A stretch of 64,000 nucleotides of DNA from Bispira polyomma. Lineage: Eukaryota. The stretch lies in the NCBI GenBank assembly GCA_965649765.1, contig OZ287754.1:682001-746000 (forward strand), read 5' to 3'. Made by a program: the position numbers and the translations under genes. Below, piece after piece: positions 49,880 through 63,789 of this stretch (positions within the stretch are counted from its first letter, which is position 1; each line of letters begins with the position of its first letter). The notes beneath the pieces were generated by a model. The model was given only the letters and a program-made list of their open reading frames with translations. It did not search any database and had not been told where the DNA came from.

Positions 49880-50120
49880 GATATTTGGAATTTGGCATTT
49901 AATAGGTTTTACATCACTTTCAACAGCTTGGGTCATATTGTGACGACCAGATTCAATGGTTGACCAAACCAATGCTGAAACTACTATGTAAACCTCTGAC
50001 CTACAGTAAGTACCTGATAAAACTTCCCCACATGAAGGAATGAACATAGATTGGAACCCACATTATGGAGAGATCAGTGATTGTGAAGCAGGCATTTCTA
50101 ACCACTTGACCAATGCCCCG
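49880..50120 (-). mobile_element. tRNA-derived SINE
   Basis: Same family. Confidence 0.75.
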
Positions 50121-50799
50121 GCACCCCACCCCCAGGTCCATTTAGTGGATGTTAGCCTGGTGTGTGCAGGACTACACTTGTGTCCTATCATCAGTCATGT
50201 ACAATTGATCATTGTTAGCATTGTTATATATCATTTCCTTTTCATGCTGAATAATAGACATACATATATATATGTATATTAGTTTAAACAAAATTTAAAC
50301 CCAGCCTTATGTGTGATGTTAAAAAGTTATACATGACTTCAGAAATCACCAACGACACCAGTTACTACATGTATTTTTTTAAACCTAGCCAATCACCAAT
50401 ACAAACACAACCCTCTATAGCAAGTGTTACGTATTTAATGATTTGTTGTAAGTTTGACATAAAAAATAACAAGGTATCTTGTGGTGTGATACGTTACTTT
50501 TGACTATGTTAAATCCCTGTTTCTATGATCACAGATAACTGACACCAGGTTGTAGTCAGTTTTGGGCCACCTAGATCCATTAAGATCGCATGTTTAATGG
50601 TTTAGTAAACATTTACACCGTTTGTAGGTTAAACTGTGACAGGATCTCACTCCTCGATTACATGGCAAAGTACCCAAAAATTGCTGCTCATTCAATGAAC
50701 AGGTGTAAAATCACAATACTCCTCCCATAATAATATGGTAGGAACTGGTTGGTTTTGATTTTATTTCTAAACACTTTCTAGATACACGTTAGTGATGTA

Positions 50800-51000
50800 T
50801 TCAAATTTTAATTTAATTGTTTTTTTACCATGACGTCCAGATTCAATGGTGGAAGAAACCAGTGCTGAAGTCAGTGATCTATGGCAAGTAGTTGGTAAAC
50901 TTTACCACATGAAGGAACAAAACCGAGATTCGAACCCACTTTGGTAAGAGGCCAGTGATTGTGAAGCATAAGTTTCTAACAACTAGGCCACTGGGTCCCT
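50800..51000 (-). mobile_element. tRNA-derived SINE
   Basis: Same family; intact B box (GATTCGAACC on the plus strand). Confidence 0.78.
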
Positions 51001-52569
51001 GGACACACTAGTTCGTGATGTTACTTCACTAGCTGAATTGACCACAATGTTTGAGTCATATGAGGACTTTTATCAGGCTCGGCCTGACGTTGTTTCCACT
51101 CTGACAAGGGCGACACCATTGAAGAGAAATCATATGTAATGCCACCATCGATTGGTTGAAACAATCGACCCGTCAGACGATTATCAGACACAGCCGCCAT
51201 GATTCGAAAATTCCTGGTTTGGTTGGGAGTAATCAACCCGTCCAAACTAAGGGGGTGTTAGTCACACTGTGTGCTGATGTATTTTTTTTAAAAATACAGC
51301 TCTTGTTTGTGGTTACACATTGAAATGACAAGTACTTGTCTTGTGGTTACAGTTTGTGGTTACAGTGTGTACTAACTCATAGGGTCAATAAACCCCTCAC
51401 CAAACCTGCACCCTGTAAGTAATAACGTCAGCCTAGTTTAGAGCCGTTGTCAATAAATAGACACATTAAAAGCCTTTTAAGGAACAGGTTGTAAGACATT
51501 TAAAAGTGTTTTTGGTGGTTTTTTGTTCATCTTAAGGCTTTTTTATAAAGTAGGTTTCTAGTTCAACACGACAGCCACACATTTTTTTCCAATAACAAAA
51601 ACACTGACAGGACTGAGATGTTTGGTTAGTTCAATATATACTTACATGGGGCTGTATTCACAAAGATTCACAAACATTCTTATTCTTAGAATTCTCTTGG
51701 AATTTTTCTAAGAACAATTCTAAGAAAAGAATAGAACTTTTTACATTTGTTACTGTCTCAGTTTTATATTTTTTAACAAGAATTACTATCCAGAAAGTTG
51801 CCAATTTATAAAATAATTCTTACATTTTTTAGCCTCAATTATTTTTTTTTTTTTCTCACAAAGTTTTAAGAAGAGGAATAAAACAAATCTGAAAATTCTT
51901 ACTATTAAAAGTTTTCTTTGAAATTTCTTAGCCTAAGAAAAATACTGAAAATATTCTCTCTTTTTTTTGTAAAAAGTATTTATTGCCAATTCTGGATCAG
52001 GTTAAAGGCTATAGGTTCACAGTTTGGTTTCTGATAAAGTAGTAGTAGGTTTGGTATACAGAGAGGACTGTAATAGAAAGGATTGGCTTAATAAAAAGTT
52101 TCAAACTTTCATATACTAGAGGAATATGGCCTGCTAACACACTACATCAAATCCTTCTTTATGTGGGGTTCACACTATGACGGTATGGAGAGGTTGCAAA
52201 AGATGTTATGACAATCACCTTGTAAGCATGTGGAACCCATATCTATGACTTCCTTTCACTTAAGCTTTCTTACTGAACTTTTTACTGTCTGTCGTTCTAG
52301 GCAGGTGTTTTGAGTATGTCAACACTCCTACCTCACCAAACGGTATAACACAAAGTAACCCTTCCGCCTGTTTCCGACTAGTTTCAAGGAGTCTATTTCG
52401 AATAGAAGAGACAGCAAATGTACTCGGTGGAAACACAAGTTACAGTACCTTCTAGTACCTTTTGGTACCACCTACCATACCACCAATATGTGAGGCCGGG
52501 CCTTTATCTCTACAAAACCCTATACATGCCCATAGACTCCCCTCACACCTGACCCTGGCTCTGATGCCC

Positions 52570-52806
52570 CAGGGCTCGTATTCACTAACAAAGGTCTCAG
52601 TCTTAACTTAATCTTCACCTTTAAGATTGGTCATCTTTGATTTTGACCGAATAGGTTATGATTTTCTTCTTTAAAACCCAATCACAAAAATATCTTTTAT
52701 TTCTAATCTAAATTTGCTCTTAACACTGATACACTGACACAGTAGACTAATATTAAATATGGTATTAGACAGAAATGTTAAGACCCCATTGTGAATACGG
52801 TCTCTC
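52570..52806. mobile_element. MITE of the same TIR class
   Basis: CAGGGCTCGTATTCAC ... TTGTGAATACGGTCTCT. Confidence 0.55.
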
Positions 52807-54845
52807 AAGACATTTTTTTACACCTCAACGGAGAAAGTTTTACAGGAAAAATAATTTCTCTTTAATAGTGAACCAGTAGCATTACCCCCCCCCCCCCCCC
52901 TATCTCCTCCCCATTTATCAGTGAGTGAGGGTCACAGCTTTGCTACATCTCAAAAACATATGCTGCCAAGACACCCATTCATCTCACACCATTTCAACTT
53001 ATTGACAAAAGGGCCCTGTAATGGTAACCTCTGCCCCCCCCCTCCCATCTCTCCCCCACCCCACACACCTTAACTCAGAAACAGGTATTTGGATACAGAA
53101 CTTAAACTCAAACTGATATACACTATACTGACCAGCAACACTGACCCAATGGTGTGATATGCCACATTAAAATATCACTACAACTTTCTACTACCACAAA
53201 GAAAACTTTTACTGCAACATCCGGAAATCACACTCACTTCCGGTAATATAGCCAAAAGCTGCCCTTAACACTGAAAAATGTCGTCTGCTGCAACTGTAAA
53301 AAACAGGGACACACGAATGGCGCGCGATTCCCACGTTCCTTAAATGATTCATATATATATATATTTTTTTTTTTTTCCAGTTTTCAAAACTTACATATAA
53401 ATCTCCTAATATGTTATGAGTGTATGTGTATAATGGACGTCTGCCGGTTTGATTTGGCCAACAAAGACACTCACTTTCTCAGGACACGTGCTGCCTGGCT
53501 TTTTATAACCCTCCGTCCCTGCCCCCCCCCCCTCATTAATTCAGTCTGTAACTGATTCCTCTTAAGTTTGATTCAAGCAGACATGTTTCTAACTCGGTAA
53601 TTAATGGGTGAATTGTGGCCGCCGCTTGATGTAGAAATATATTTAAAAAAAAAAATTCAAATCAAAACTCCTGTTTATAAAGGTGGGCAATTTGGTCAGT
53701 GTGTTGTTTAATACTCTCAATGTATTTGTCCATAAAGGCCTTTGTACACCATTTACTACACAACACGACACGTTACGAGAAAATAGAAAATAAGATAAAT
53801 CAATAAATGTAATATTTTGGCCGGAAAAATAAAGGTGTGGGGTGACCGACTAATAATCAAAGTCGGGACTGTTATGGCAAAATAACTGACTTAATGGTCT
53901 TATATTCTTCCCGACCTCGCCATTTGCCCTGTTTTCACCCCCCGACCTGTACCTTTTTTAACGGGCCAGTGTAAGGACAGGCCTGGAGTGAGATAAGACC
54001 TATCAGACAGAATGTAATAACAATCCGATTGAACTTATTCACCGATGCCGACCTTCCCGTTTTTAGCTAGTATGTTTAATATCCTTCCCGACCTCCATGT
54101 TCACCCCGTTTTTGCCACCGGACCTGTACGGACACGCCTCGGACCTCAAAGTCGGGACGGTCGGGGCCCAAAAAACCATAGTGGAACACCCACTTTAGGC
54201 TAAGTACGTAATGAATACTGGCCCTGTATACTAAAACTAAAAGTCATTAGACGAAAGTCGATAATTGAGAGACATACAAGGGTCTGTAATCCATGGTGAT
54301 GTGACCATGGACAAGGGAATGCATTAAGTGGGCGTAGGCTGATGTAAATTGGTGACATTTTTACGGTAATACTTTCTGTAGGAGGTAACACAGGGACACT
54401 GGATCTAATATGTAAAAGCTAAATAATTCTAAAAAAAACCAGCAAATTTATAAGAGCTACCAAACTTGATGAAGCACTGTTGAGACTTTGTGGCTGCTTG
54501 AGGAACCTGAAACTTGAGGAACCTGAAACTTGAGGAACATGAAAACAAACTTATTAAACTTTGGACAACCGTGGCTGATGGTCCTAGCAGATTGGTGTAA
54601 GAGTTGAAGGTATACCCTTAAGATAAACTATAGATATACAAGAGCTTTGTATGTAACCTGGACACAATTTTGAATTAAATTCTGAATTTACCTGGGAGCC
54701 AGTGGATTTTTTTTTCTAATTGTGGTGTTATAGAGAAAACATTAGGAGCAAGGTACTTACTCTACAAAGGGAATTTTGCACACACTGCAATCCTTTCAAC
54801 TCCAGAAGAGAGAGAGAGAGTAAAGAGAGAGAGTTGCAGAAGTCT

Positions 54846-55263
54846 TTGAATTTGAATTTGGATATTTAACATCCACTCTAATACCTTTTGGTAGGTCGAG
54901 GGGCAGCGGTGGCCTAGTGGTTAGCAAGCATTGCGTTTCACAATCACTGGTCTCTCACCTCTGGGCGGCATGAGTTTGAATCCCTTCTATGCCTATGTGG
55001 GAAAGGTGGTAGTTCCTTACTGTGGGCCGCTGGCTTCAGTGCAGAACCTTGATCAACTGTATGCAGTGTTTCCTCCAGCATTTCCAACTACCCGTCCCAA
55101 TATAACCTAAACAGGTACTAGAGTGGACGTTAAATATACCAATTCAAATCCCAATTCAAACCCACATAGGCATCGACGGGATTTGAACTCACGCCACCCA
55201 GAGGTGAGAGACCAGTGATTGTGAAGCGCAATGCTTGCTAACCACTAGGCCACCATGGCCCCC
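54846..55263. mobile_element. Composite SINE: plus-strand copy (54899-55160) inside a minus-strand copy
   Basis: Reversed tail, full forward copy and reversed head, flanked by TSD TGCAGAAGTCT at 54835-54845 and 55264-55274. Confidence 0.85.
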
Positions 55264-55439
55264 TGCAGAAGTCTAAACGACTAGTAATAAGTACACTTGC
55301 CAACACACCAGCTGTAATAATAATGTTAACACCTCTATAGCACCACCAATGTCCTCTATGACACACATCCCATTCAAGATCCAATAAAGAGTAGTTCGAT
55401 TGAAGGAAAAAGGGCGGTGACACGTATGTTATAGCAGAA

Positions 55440-55845
55440 AACAATAATAATGTAGAGCACAAAATTGATCAGACCATCCTCTAAGGCACTGATATCCAAA
55501 AGTTTTGAGATGGCTTCTGAACCTAGGGATTGTGTCCAGTAATCTGACAGTCTGTGGGAGCTTGTTCCATTCAACAGGAGCCGCGACAGCAAAGTGGCAC
55601 CTGCCAATGTCCATATTTTGTTGGGTTGAGCAAACGGAGATGGGCTCCCTGGATAAGGCTACAGACTTAATAAGTGAGGACAAATAAGCAGGTTGGTTGC
55701 GTTTGATAGCTTTGCACACAATAAGTTTGCATTTAAAAAGAATACGCCCTTCCACAGGTAGCCAGTGGAGTTTGTTTAGGTATGGTGGGACATGGCTGAA
55801 TTTGTCAATATGACAGAGGATGCTTTGGACTCTTTAGAGCCTTGT
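55440..55845 (-). mobile_element. L2/CR1 3' fragment
   Basis: LHWLPVEGRILFK and AAPVEWNKLP motifs. Confidence 0.75.
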
Positions 55846-57189
55846 TATTTTACCTTACTAATATATTATTTGTATACTATTGGTTTATTTTTAACTACAT
55901 ATATATGTTATAACAATACGTTCTCTATGAACAAATTTCAACACATAAGTAAAATATAGGGGTCTTATGTCACTTGTTTTATTTGCCTACAAGAGATTCC
56001 CTTTCCCTGACCAGCTCTGTACACATATAGCTAAACCGTTACCTGGTCACTTGGCATTGCATACTTGTCCTGTACACATTGACCTAAGTTATGATGGTCA
56101 ATTTATCATTGTCTATGTGTCACAGTGTTGAATCCCTCGCTATACACACCTATTTTAATTGACAGCTATAAATCAATAAAGCGTTGACTGGTGGGGAGAG
56201 AACTGTTTCTGTATATTCAATCAATACAATATTAAGGGTTTTGGGGGTTTTGGCAAGCGGCACTAATCAATGAGCCATTTTACAGCAATAAATCAGAGCC
56301 ACTGGTTTGACTGAAACATTTCAGCAAATTAAAACCACATTTCTAGAATTCTATGTCAAGTCATTCTGAATACAAAGGAGTGTGACTATTTAAATAGACT
56401 GGGAAGGCTTGGTTACTTATGTGTGACACATACGCAGCTGGATAATAAAGTTTTCAAATCAATTTTGTTTCAGGTGGACTCCAAAGTGACTTTTTTATTT
56501 CTATTTTGTTTGTTTTTTGGTTGTTATTTTTCTTCATTTTTCACACGCAATGGCAGTGGACCAATTAAATGACAGCACACCTCTCTTAGGTGTTTGTTGT
56601 CTAACAAGGGATGTAGTCTTACAAACTTTAATATTGGTTGTCATCAAAAGGCAAGCATATGTTAAGATATTGTCTTGCCCAACAATAATGTTATCTTCAA
56701 ATGAGCACTGTGACGTAAACCAGGGGTTTGAACTGGAGACCCTCTGATTATCAGACCAGTCCCTTACCACTAGGTCACAGAGAACTACTCTGCTTAATAC
56801 ATACAGAAACAAACCAAAATGCACATCTATATCTAAACTGAGATCAGTTTTGGAATTTTTTTCAGTTAACATGGTCCATGTGTGAAAACCCCCATAAACT
56901 AGCTTTAACTTTTACCGATCAACCATACACTGAATCTAGGGATTCTTTCAACCTGAGTTTATAACAAGTATATCTGATTACATGGACAGAGGGTGTCTTA
57001 CAAGTATTCCCAATTCATCCAATATCCATCCCCAAATTATTCCTTATATATAATAGAACCAAATCTGCCAAAAAAGCTGACCATACCTAATTAGAACTGT
57101 TAGAACATTACAGACCACTTTAGACCTAAGCTAAACACTTATTTTCAATGACACATTTCAGTCTTTTTACCATGTTCATACCACTATAG

Positions 57190-57403
57190 AATTTAGTTAG
57201 ACTGTCACTTTGAACAGGTTCGAGCATATGACAGCGGTAAGATTTAATGGTGGAAGAAACCATTGTTGAGGCCACTGTAAATCACAGACCTATGGCAAGT
57301 ACCTGAAAAACTTTACCACATTAAGGAACAAACAGGATTCGAGCCCACATTGGTTAGACACCAGTGATTGTGAAGCAGGCACTTTTAACAACTAGGCCAC
57401 CAC
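57190..57403 (-). mobile_element. tRNA-derived SINE
   Basis: Same family. Confidence 0.78.
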
Positions 57404-57929
57404 TGCTTAAAACCGCTTTAGAATCTTGCTATTTAGTAATAGGTAGTAATTATTAAATTATAAATCCAGAAAAAAATGGGGGAATGCTTAGTTATACCAT
57501 TTCTGCATTGTTAATATGAATGTTTTTACTTCTACTACAATCTATGACCAGGCATCCTCTGTGGCGCACATATCAATAAGTATGCAAAGGAATAGTCCAA
57601 TGGGAGAAAAGGTCTTTGATCAGAGTTCAGTCGTGACCAGGAGAGGAATATTAAGCTGGAAAAGCAAGTTGACACAGCTGTGTTTTGATTTCCTGAAGCC
57701 TGTGATCCTTACCTTAGTACGAAGACTATTAGGGAGACCAGTCCACTCCTCAGGCACTGCTACTTTGTATTATTTTAAATCAGCCAGTTTTTTGGGTAAG
57801 AAGCCAGAGGTGGAAAGACACTTTCCTTTAGCTAAAATACAGCATGGATGATAAGTAGGCAGGTTGCTGCACATGGACAGTCTTCAAAATAAGAAACATT
57901 TACTCATACAGAACTCAATATGAAGTTGA

Positions 57930-58310
57930 TTATTATTATTATGAATTTTTAATGCGCTTTATTGATGCTAGGCATCTTCTAAAGCCCAACATGGACATTG
58001 CAAAGTCGTAAGGAAGAAAGTGGGAGCATGGAGGTAAGCTAAGGTGGGTAGGCAAGGTTAAAAAGATAGGTTTTAAGCTTTTTCCTAAAACCAATGGGTG
58101 TGTCAACTGATCTGAGGTCGACTGGCAGACTGTTCCATAGCCGTGGAGCTGCAGTGGAGAATGCTCTAAATCCCGCCTTCCTGTTTGGTCTGACCGACGA
58201 GACAGAGAGTCTGTTGCCTCTCTTGCGGTTACTGAAGGAGAGAAGGGAAGCAAGGTAGGAGGGCTGTTTAGTGACTACAGCCTTAAAAGTAGTAACGTGA
58301 ATAAAGTCCA
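57930..58310 (-). mobile_element. L2 3' end
   Basis: GFRAFSTAAPRLWNSLPVDLRS...FRKKLKTYLFNLAYPP followed by an (AAT)n tail. Confidence 0.8.
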
Positions 58311-58499
58311 CTGCCAACTTTACCACATGGATGCTATGCTCCACAATTGAACCCATATGGGAGGGAAGGATTTGGATTGTATTGTAGGTTTTAGATAAGA
58401 GCACTTGCTATTTTGTCCTAAATTTTTGCTCAGTGACACATTCTTTACAAAAGAAGGCCATATAATGCTCTATTTTTAAGTAGAGTGCATTCTAAACTA

Positions 58500-58619
58500 C
58501 TGACCTATGCCAAGTACCTCACAAACTTTTTCAACTTGAAGAAACCCACAGCATTCGAACCCAAGTTTGTGTGAGACCTGTGATTGTAAAGCAGGCATTT
58601 CTTACCACCAGGCCACCGC
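58500..58619 (-). mobile_element. SINE, 5' half
   Basis: Head of the same family. Confidence 0.7.
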
Positions 58620-58729
58620 AGAAAGTCCAAGGTCGTAATTCATAGCCAAGTTGACATCAAGGAGGTTATCCTCTGCCAGCATTGAATAGATGTTGTTTTG
58701 TCAATTAGTCACGTAAGCTGTGCTGCTAT

Positions 58730-58960
58730 ATCTAAAATAACAAAACAATAACATTCAAAGCATTTATAGAGCGCAAACTTGATGAGAACATCCTCGGCGC
58801 TGATATACAAAAGTGAATGTCAAAGGGAAAGCAAAGGTCGATCCCAAAAAAGTATTCACCAGGGAAGAGACTATGAAGGGGGTAGGCTTGTCTGAATAGG
58901 TAAGTTTGAAATGGCTTCTGAAACCACTGATTGTATCCTGTAATCTGACCATCTGATTGT
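58730..58960 (-). mobile_element. L2/CR1 3' end
   Basis: QDTISGFRSHF..TYLFRQAYP. Confidence 0.55.
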
Positions 58961-60339
58961 AAATGTCGTGTTGTATTAAACAAGAAATGTCTTTTAAAAA
59001 AGGCGCACAGTGTGAAATACACTGACGTTGACAGGTCCACTATATTTTCTCAGGCCCAGGCTGATAACAATAAATCTGACACCCCTCAGTAATGGCCGGG
59101 CGCAAGCAGTGAAAGCCTTTCTTTTAAATCTTTAAATAAGATGGTGGTGCCCTTTTTAGAATGAAAACAATATTAGGCTGCGCCTGATTAAAAAAAAGTT
59201 TGATCATTTTATAGAAGTGTCATATCACAACAATAATTCACTGACTTTAGACTTATGATATATCTCAGGGTTTTTTAATGCCAATCTGGCTGGAAAAGAC
59301 ATGGGAAGGTGTGAACAGGAAACAGTAAATCATGAGTCTGGTCTGTAATTATCAGAGACAGTGAGATAAGATATAATGAGTGAGGGAGGATGGGGGGGGG
59401 GTTTATAATAAGATAACTTATAACTAACATAGCCTGTCAAAAAACCACACAAGTCTTATCTATAATACTTAGATTTACATTACCTTCCCATGTCATATGT
59501 GTTTAATGTACATACTTATTAGGAGGCAATTCTAGCTGCTAATTAGGACACATTGACGTGCAGCTCATGTTTAGAGACCCCAAAAAACTCCAATGTAAGT
59601 CAATACATGGACTAAATGGTTGACTTGGTCTGAACTCTGGGGGGATTAAGTCACTAAATATGTCACCCAGAAAAAAGTATATAAGGACTATGACAGTAAC
59701 AAAATGAGGGCATACATAAATCTCCTCCCCACCCTCCTCTGATAACAGTGATATCTGACAGGATTAAATTTGATGTAAATACACTATATATGTGTGTAAA
59801 CCAAAGGACTGAAATATGACCATCAAAAGAAGGTGATAAAACATATTGTAAATAGTAAGGTGTGTAATGGTATGAAGGTCGGATTAAGACAGATAAGATG
59901 AACAAAAACATTTGTAAACATGGGGTGACATATCACCTAAAGCCACATAGTGAGGTCTTTTGAAGAGAGATGCATGCTGATAATTATATAACTGGCACAT
60001 GTCAACCTGGGATATTAGAAATATGACAGAAAAAAACAATATGATACAGAATTGGTTCATTAAGGCATTTACAGACATCTGCGACAGGCCAAGACTCTGT
60101 ATAATCAAACTTTATCATTGCACTTAAATCTTTAATCCGAAAATTCTCGAAAAATGGTATTTAGAAATTATAACAAGTCACTGGATTTAATGTTCTGACC
60201 AAAAATAGCGGGGTAATAAACAGGGTTAAAGTAGACATGCTATGCCGAAAAAGCACAAAGAAATATGTGTGTTTAATTTAGGATGATATGCAGACAACAT
60301 TTTACTGAGCAAACAGTTCCATGGTCCAATGCCATGATA

Positions 60340-60800
60340 TCTAATCTAATTAAATTTTTATGGTGCTAAATCTCCATTAAGGTAGATTCTAAGGCCCATA
60401 TATCATGATCATATTTAAGTCGGGTGATGTCCTTTTCAAGAAGGTGGTTGTATCCCAGGAGACGCCAGAATGAATATGTAACTAGGAAGGGAAAGCCTTG
60501 GCGAACAAGTCTTAAGTTTGCTTCTAAAGAATGACAAAGTATGAGCAGCACAAATTTCTTGCGACAGACAGTTCCATAGTTTTTGTGCATTGTATAAGAA
60601 ACTGTGATCAAAATGAGTTTTGGATCTTTAAATTGAAGATGAGTAGATGAGTAGACTGAAACCTGAAGTAAAGCCTTATTATAATTCCTGTGTCTTATCC
60701 GGGTTTTACATGTGTATCGAGACAAATATTGGCTGAAATATCATTGGAAAACTGTGTATAGTCCTGATGTGGCAGTCTTGAACAGAACCTGATATCTGTA
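60340..60800 (-). mobile_element. L2/CR1 3' end
   Basis: KLWN.L, FRSKLKT motifs and a TTAGA tail. Confidence 0.55.
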
Positions 60801-61677
60801 CCAAAGGTGAAATTGGCAAAATTTAGGAGTAGGCTAAAATCAAGAAATGTAATTAAAATGTAATACTTTAAAACAGTAATATCAGCAAAATTATTTAGTA
60901 GTTAAGTTTTCTCTTAAACATAGATATCCCACAGTAAAAATGACCTAGCATACTCTCCAGTCATATCATTGCTATAATAAGTAGCTCCAGACATAATTAT
61001 TGCTCCAATGACTAGTGACGTCTTAAGTGGGAATCTCCTTCTTCATATCATTATCAAGGAATTGGCATAACTTACTACAGTGTTGAGTATTCCCTAAATG
61101 TATGTAAACATAGGTTCTGACCATGATATATGTCTGTTCACAGTATGAAGCACTCCTTACTTAAGTTATGAAAAGACACTAATTATATGCTTCTTGCTCT
61201 TAATATTATGAACTGCTATATAAATTATTTCTTTTTCACATAATGTATACTTTTGGTCTTTCTGTATATAATGTTTATCATGTATTGTATTTAACATAAG
61301 AAATAAAGTTTTGCTGTTAATGTTATGAACTAATCATATATTTAGAAAGTAGAGTATATAAGCACCAAATATTCTCTGACAAGGGAGGCAGAGGAAAGGA
61401 GAGTAGTTACCACCAGAGATAGTGATTAAAATAGGTCTAGCAACAGAGCATATTGTATAATAAAGAGATAAGTTCTTAGACAAAGAGGAAAACAGCTGTG
61501 GGACTCTGTGTTATTATGAAGCTCTGTAAAATAGTGCTGGTCAAGCTCTTTGTGTACAAAGTTAGATGTGTGTGTGTTTGCTGAAATAAAATATAGTTTG
61601 GTTTGAATTTGGATTATTATTATTTAGTGCCACCTCCGGTACCTGCTACATCCTATACATCCTAGGGATCAACCCGT

Positions 61678-63260
61678 TTACGGCACATATCTAACGGGCA
61701 ACCAGTGAAGACTTCTGAGAACAAGAGTTATATGTAAGAATTTTGATGTGTTTCTTGCTACTGTGTTTTGTATGTACTGGAGTCTAACAAACAGGGAGTT
61801 GCAGTAGTCTAACCTACTGCTGACAAAAGCATTAGCGACTGTGGTAACAGTACTCTTTGACAGAGGCCTTCTGGCCCTTCGAAGATCCCTGATGTTGGCA
61901 AAACATGATCTGCCTATAGTCTCAACATGTTTAGTGAAACAATCATAATCAAATAGAACACCCAGATTTCCCACAGCATTTAATGGAAAGAGCATATTGC
62001 CTAATCTATTGTCTGGAAGAAATCTTGATAACTTTTCTTGTTTGGTCATTAAGCCGAATTCAATTAGCTTCAATTTATTGGAAAGCATCCAATCCTGAAC
62101 TTCACTAAGACGCTCCTTCAGACTATCAAATGCACATAGGTGTCATCTGAGGACAAATAGACCTATAATTGTGCAGCGACAACTATTTATAAATAAAACT
62201 CACTCCAGAGACTCCAGGTCTATAGTTTTTGCGATCATCTTTCATCAGATTCAATTTCGTGATCAGAGGAGTAACAACAGTCTTTTTGAAGGGATCAGGT
62301 ACAGTACCTTCTGCCACTGACACGTTTTTAAAGGAAGACAGTAAAATTTAAATGTATTCCTCCAGCAATGATGTAAACCATGGATCAAGCATACAGGATT
62401 TGGTTAGAAATCCCTTGACAAATTTCGAAACCTCTTCTTCTGTGACAGCAAAATCTGTGAAAGAAGCAACTGGTTCTTTATGTTGCCTAAACTGACAGGA
62501 TCTCAATAAAAAAACATTTATTATGTGATTAATTTTATCAATGAGAAAGAAGCCAACTTTATTGGCCAAAGCCTTATTGGAAGAGCATGATGGGAGGACA
62601 GATTCATTCCAAAGCATTCGACTATAACTACCGCTTCTGTTAAAAATGTTAGTGTAATGATTACTTTTGGCCTTTTTAGGAGTATACTAGGCTGGTTTAT
62701 CTGCTTTCGGAGTTGGGATCTGTTTGCTTATGTCTTGTCAGATATCCATTTCCTTTCAAACTGTTTACAAAGGCACTGTATGAGTTAGTAATCCACAACA
62801 GGATGGGTTTCCTCAACTTCTTTTTTATCCATATATGTCTTATGATATGCTCGAAATGTAATCGTACTGACATTAACATCATTTAGTAATGAGAAATAAA
62901 AGACACTTATTACTGTTAAGTGATCACTGACATAATCAGAGCTTTTGACACTATATATGGATAAAATATCAAAAGAAGGTGTGAGAAGCAGGTAAAGTGT
63001 GTGCCCTTGACAATGGGTAGGGAAATTAACATGCTGCACAAGATTACATGATGTAAGAATAGAGTGAAAACTAATGCTATCTTTGGACTTGCTATTATTG
63101 TAAATATTGAAATCTTCATAAACAATTGTTGTAGGAGAGAGAGACACAACAAAACCCATGAAATACATGAAGTCAGCCAGAAACCTAGAGACATTCAAAC
63201 ATGGTCGTCGATAAATTGAAACAAAATAAAATTCAGAGTAGTATTTTCAGATGTTACCGA
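61678..63260 (-). mobile_element. L2/CR1 ORF2 remnant (AP endonuclease and RT pieces, internally deleted)
   Basis: DFNI, PTH..GHTL, SDH, KSCMLDP, WMLSNKLKL, SRLDYCNSL and LHWLPV motifs. Confidence 0.8.
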
Positions 63261-63789
63261 CAAAATGAATTTTTTAAAAGTTAAGTACTCTTTGGAGGGT
63301 ATTGTTGTACAAGTGAAAGACTTCTTCACCCAGAACCCAACACAACCGCCAAGTCTAGACAATCTAGGTTTGTGACGTTATCAAAGTTGTAAGATGAAAA
63401 ACTACTGTTAAAAATAAATTTGTTAGATGTTGTTGCATCTGGTGTGAACTTGATAATTATAGAAGGGACAGAGAGAGTGTGATTTTTAAAAGAGATTTAA
63501 TCAGGTTTCCCTGCAGAAATATAAATATATTTAAAATTCAGGAACCAGGAGGAGGTATTGAGTATGATTATAGAATGAGTAGTCTGTATGCTGCACTACC
63601 CAAGTACATATAACTAGTAAAAACACAAGTACGGGAACATAGCATTCTTTTAAATATATTTATATAATTAAAATATATTTGTCTGAATTTGTCTTGACAC
63701 TGTGGCCAAAAGGTTAAATTTCTATATTACCACAGTAAATTTCCAGGCCACATTATCTGTGATGCTTATCAATATCTAACAAAAAAATC

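Noticed and set aside
54899-54985. tRNA gene
   Set aside because: A and B boxes are present but there is no cloverleaf or T-run terminator; it is a SINE head.
56462-56489. Acceptor followed by WTPK-stop, resembling the Ptf1a VWTP motif as a distant last exon
   Set aside because: It lies 34 kb away, covers only four codons, has no evident donor in the CDS, and the gene has its own stop and polyA signal.
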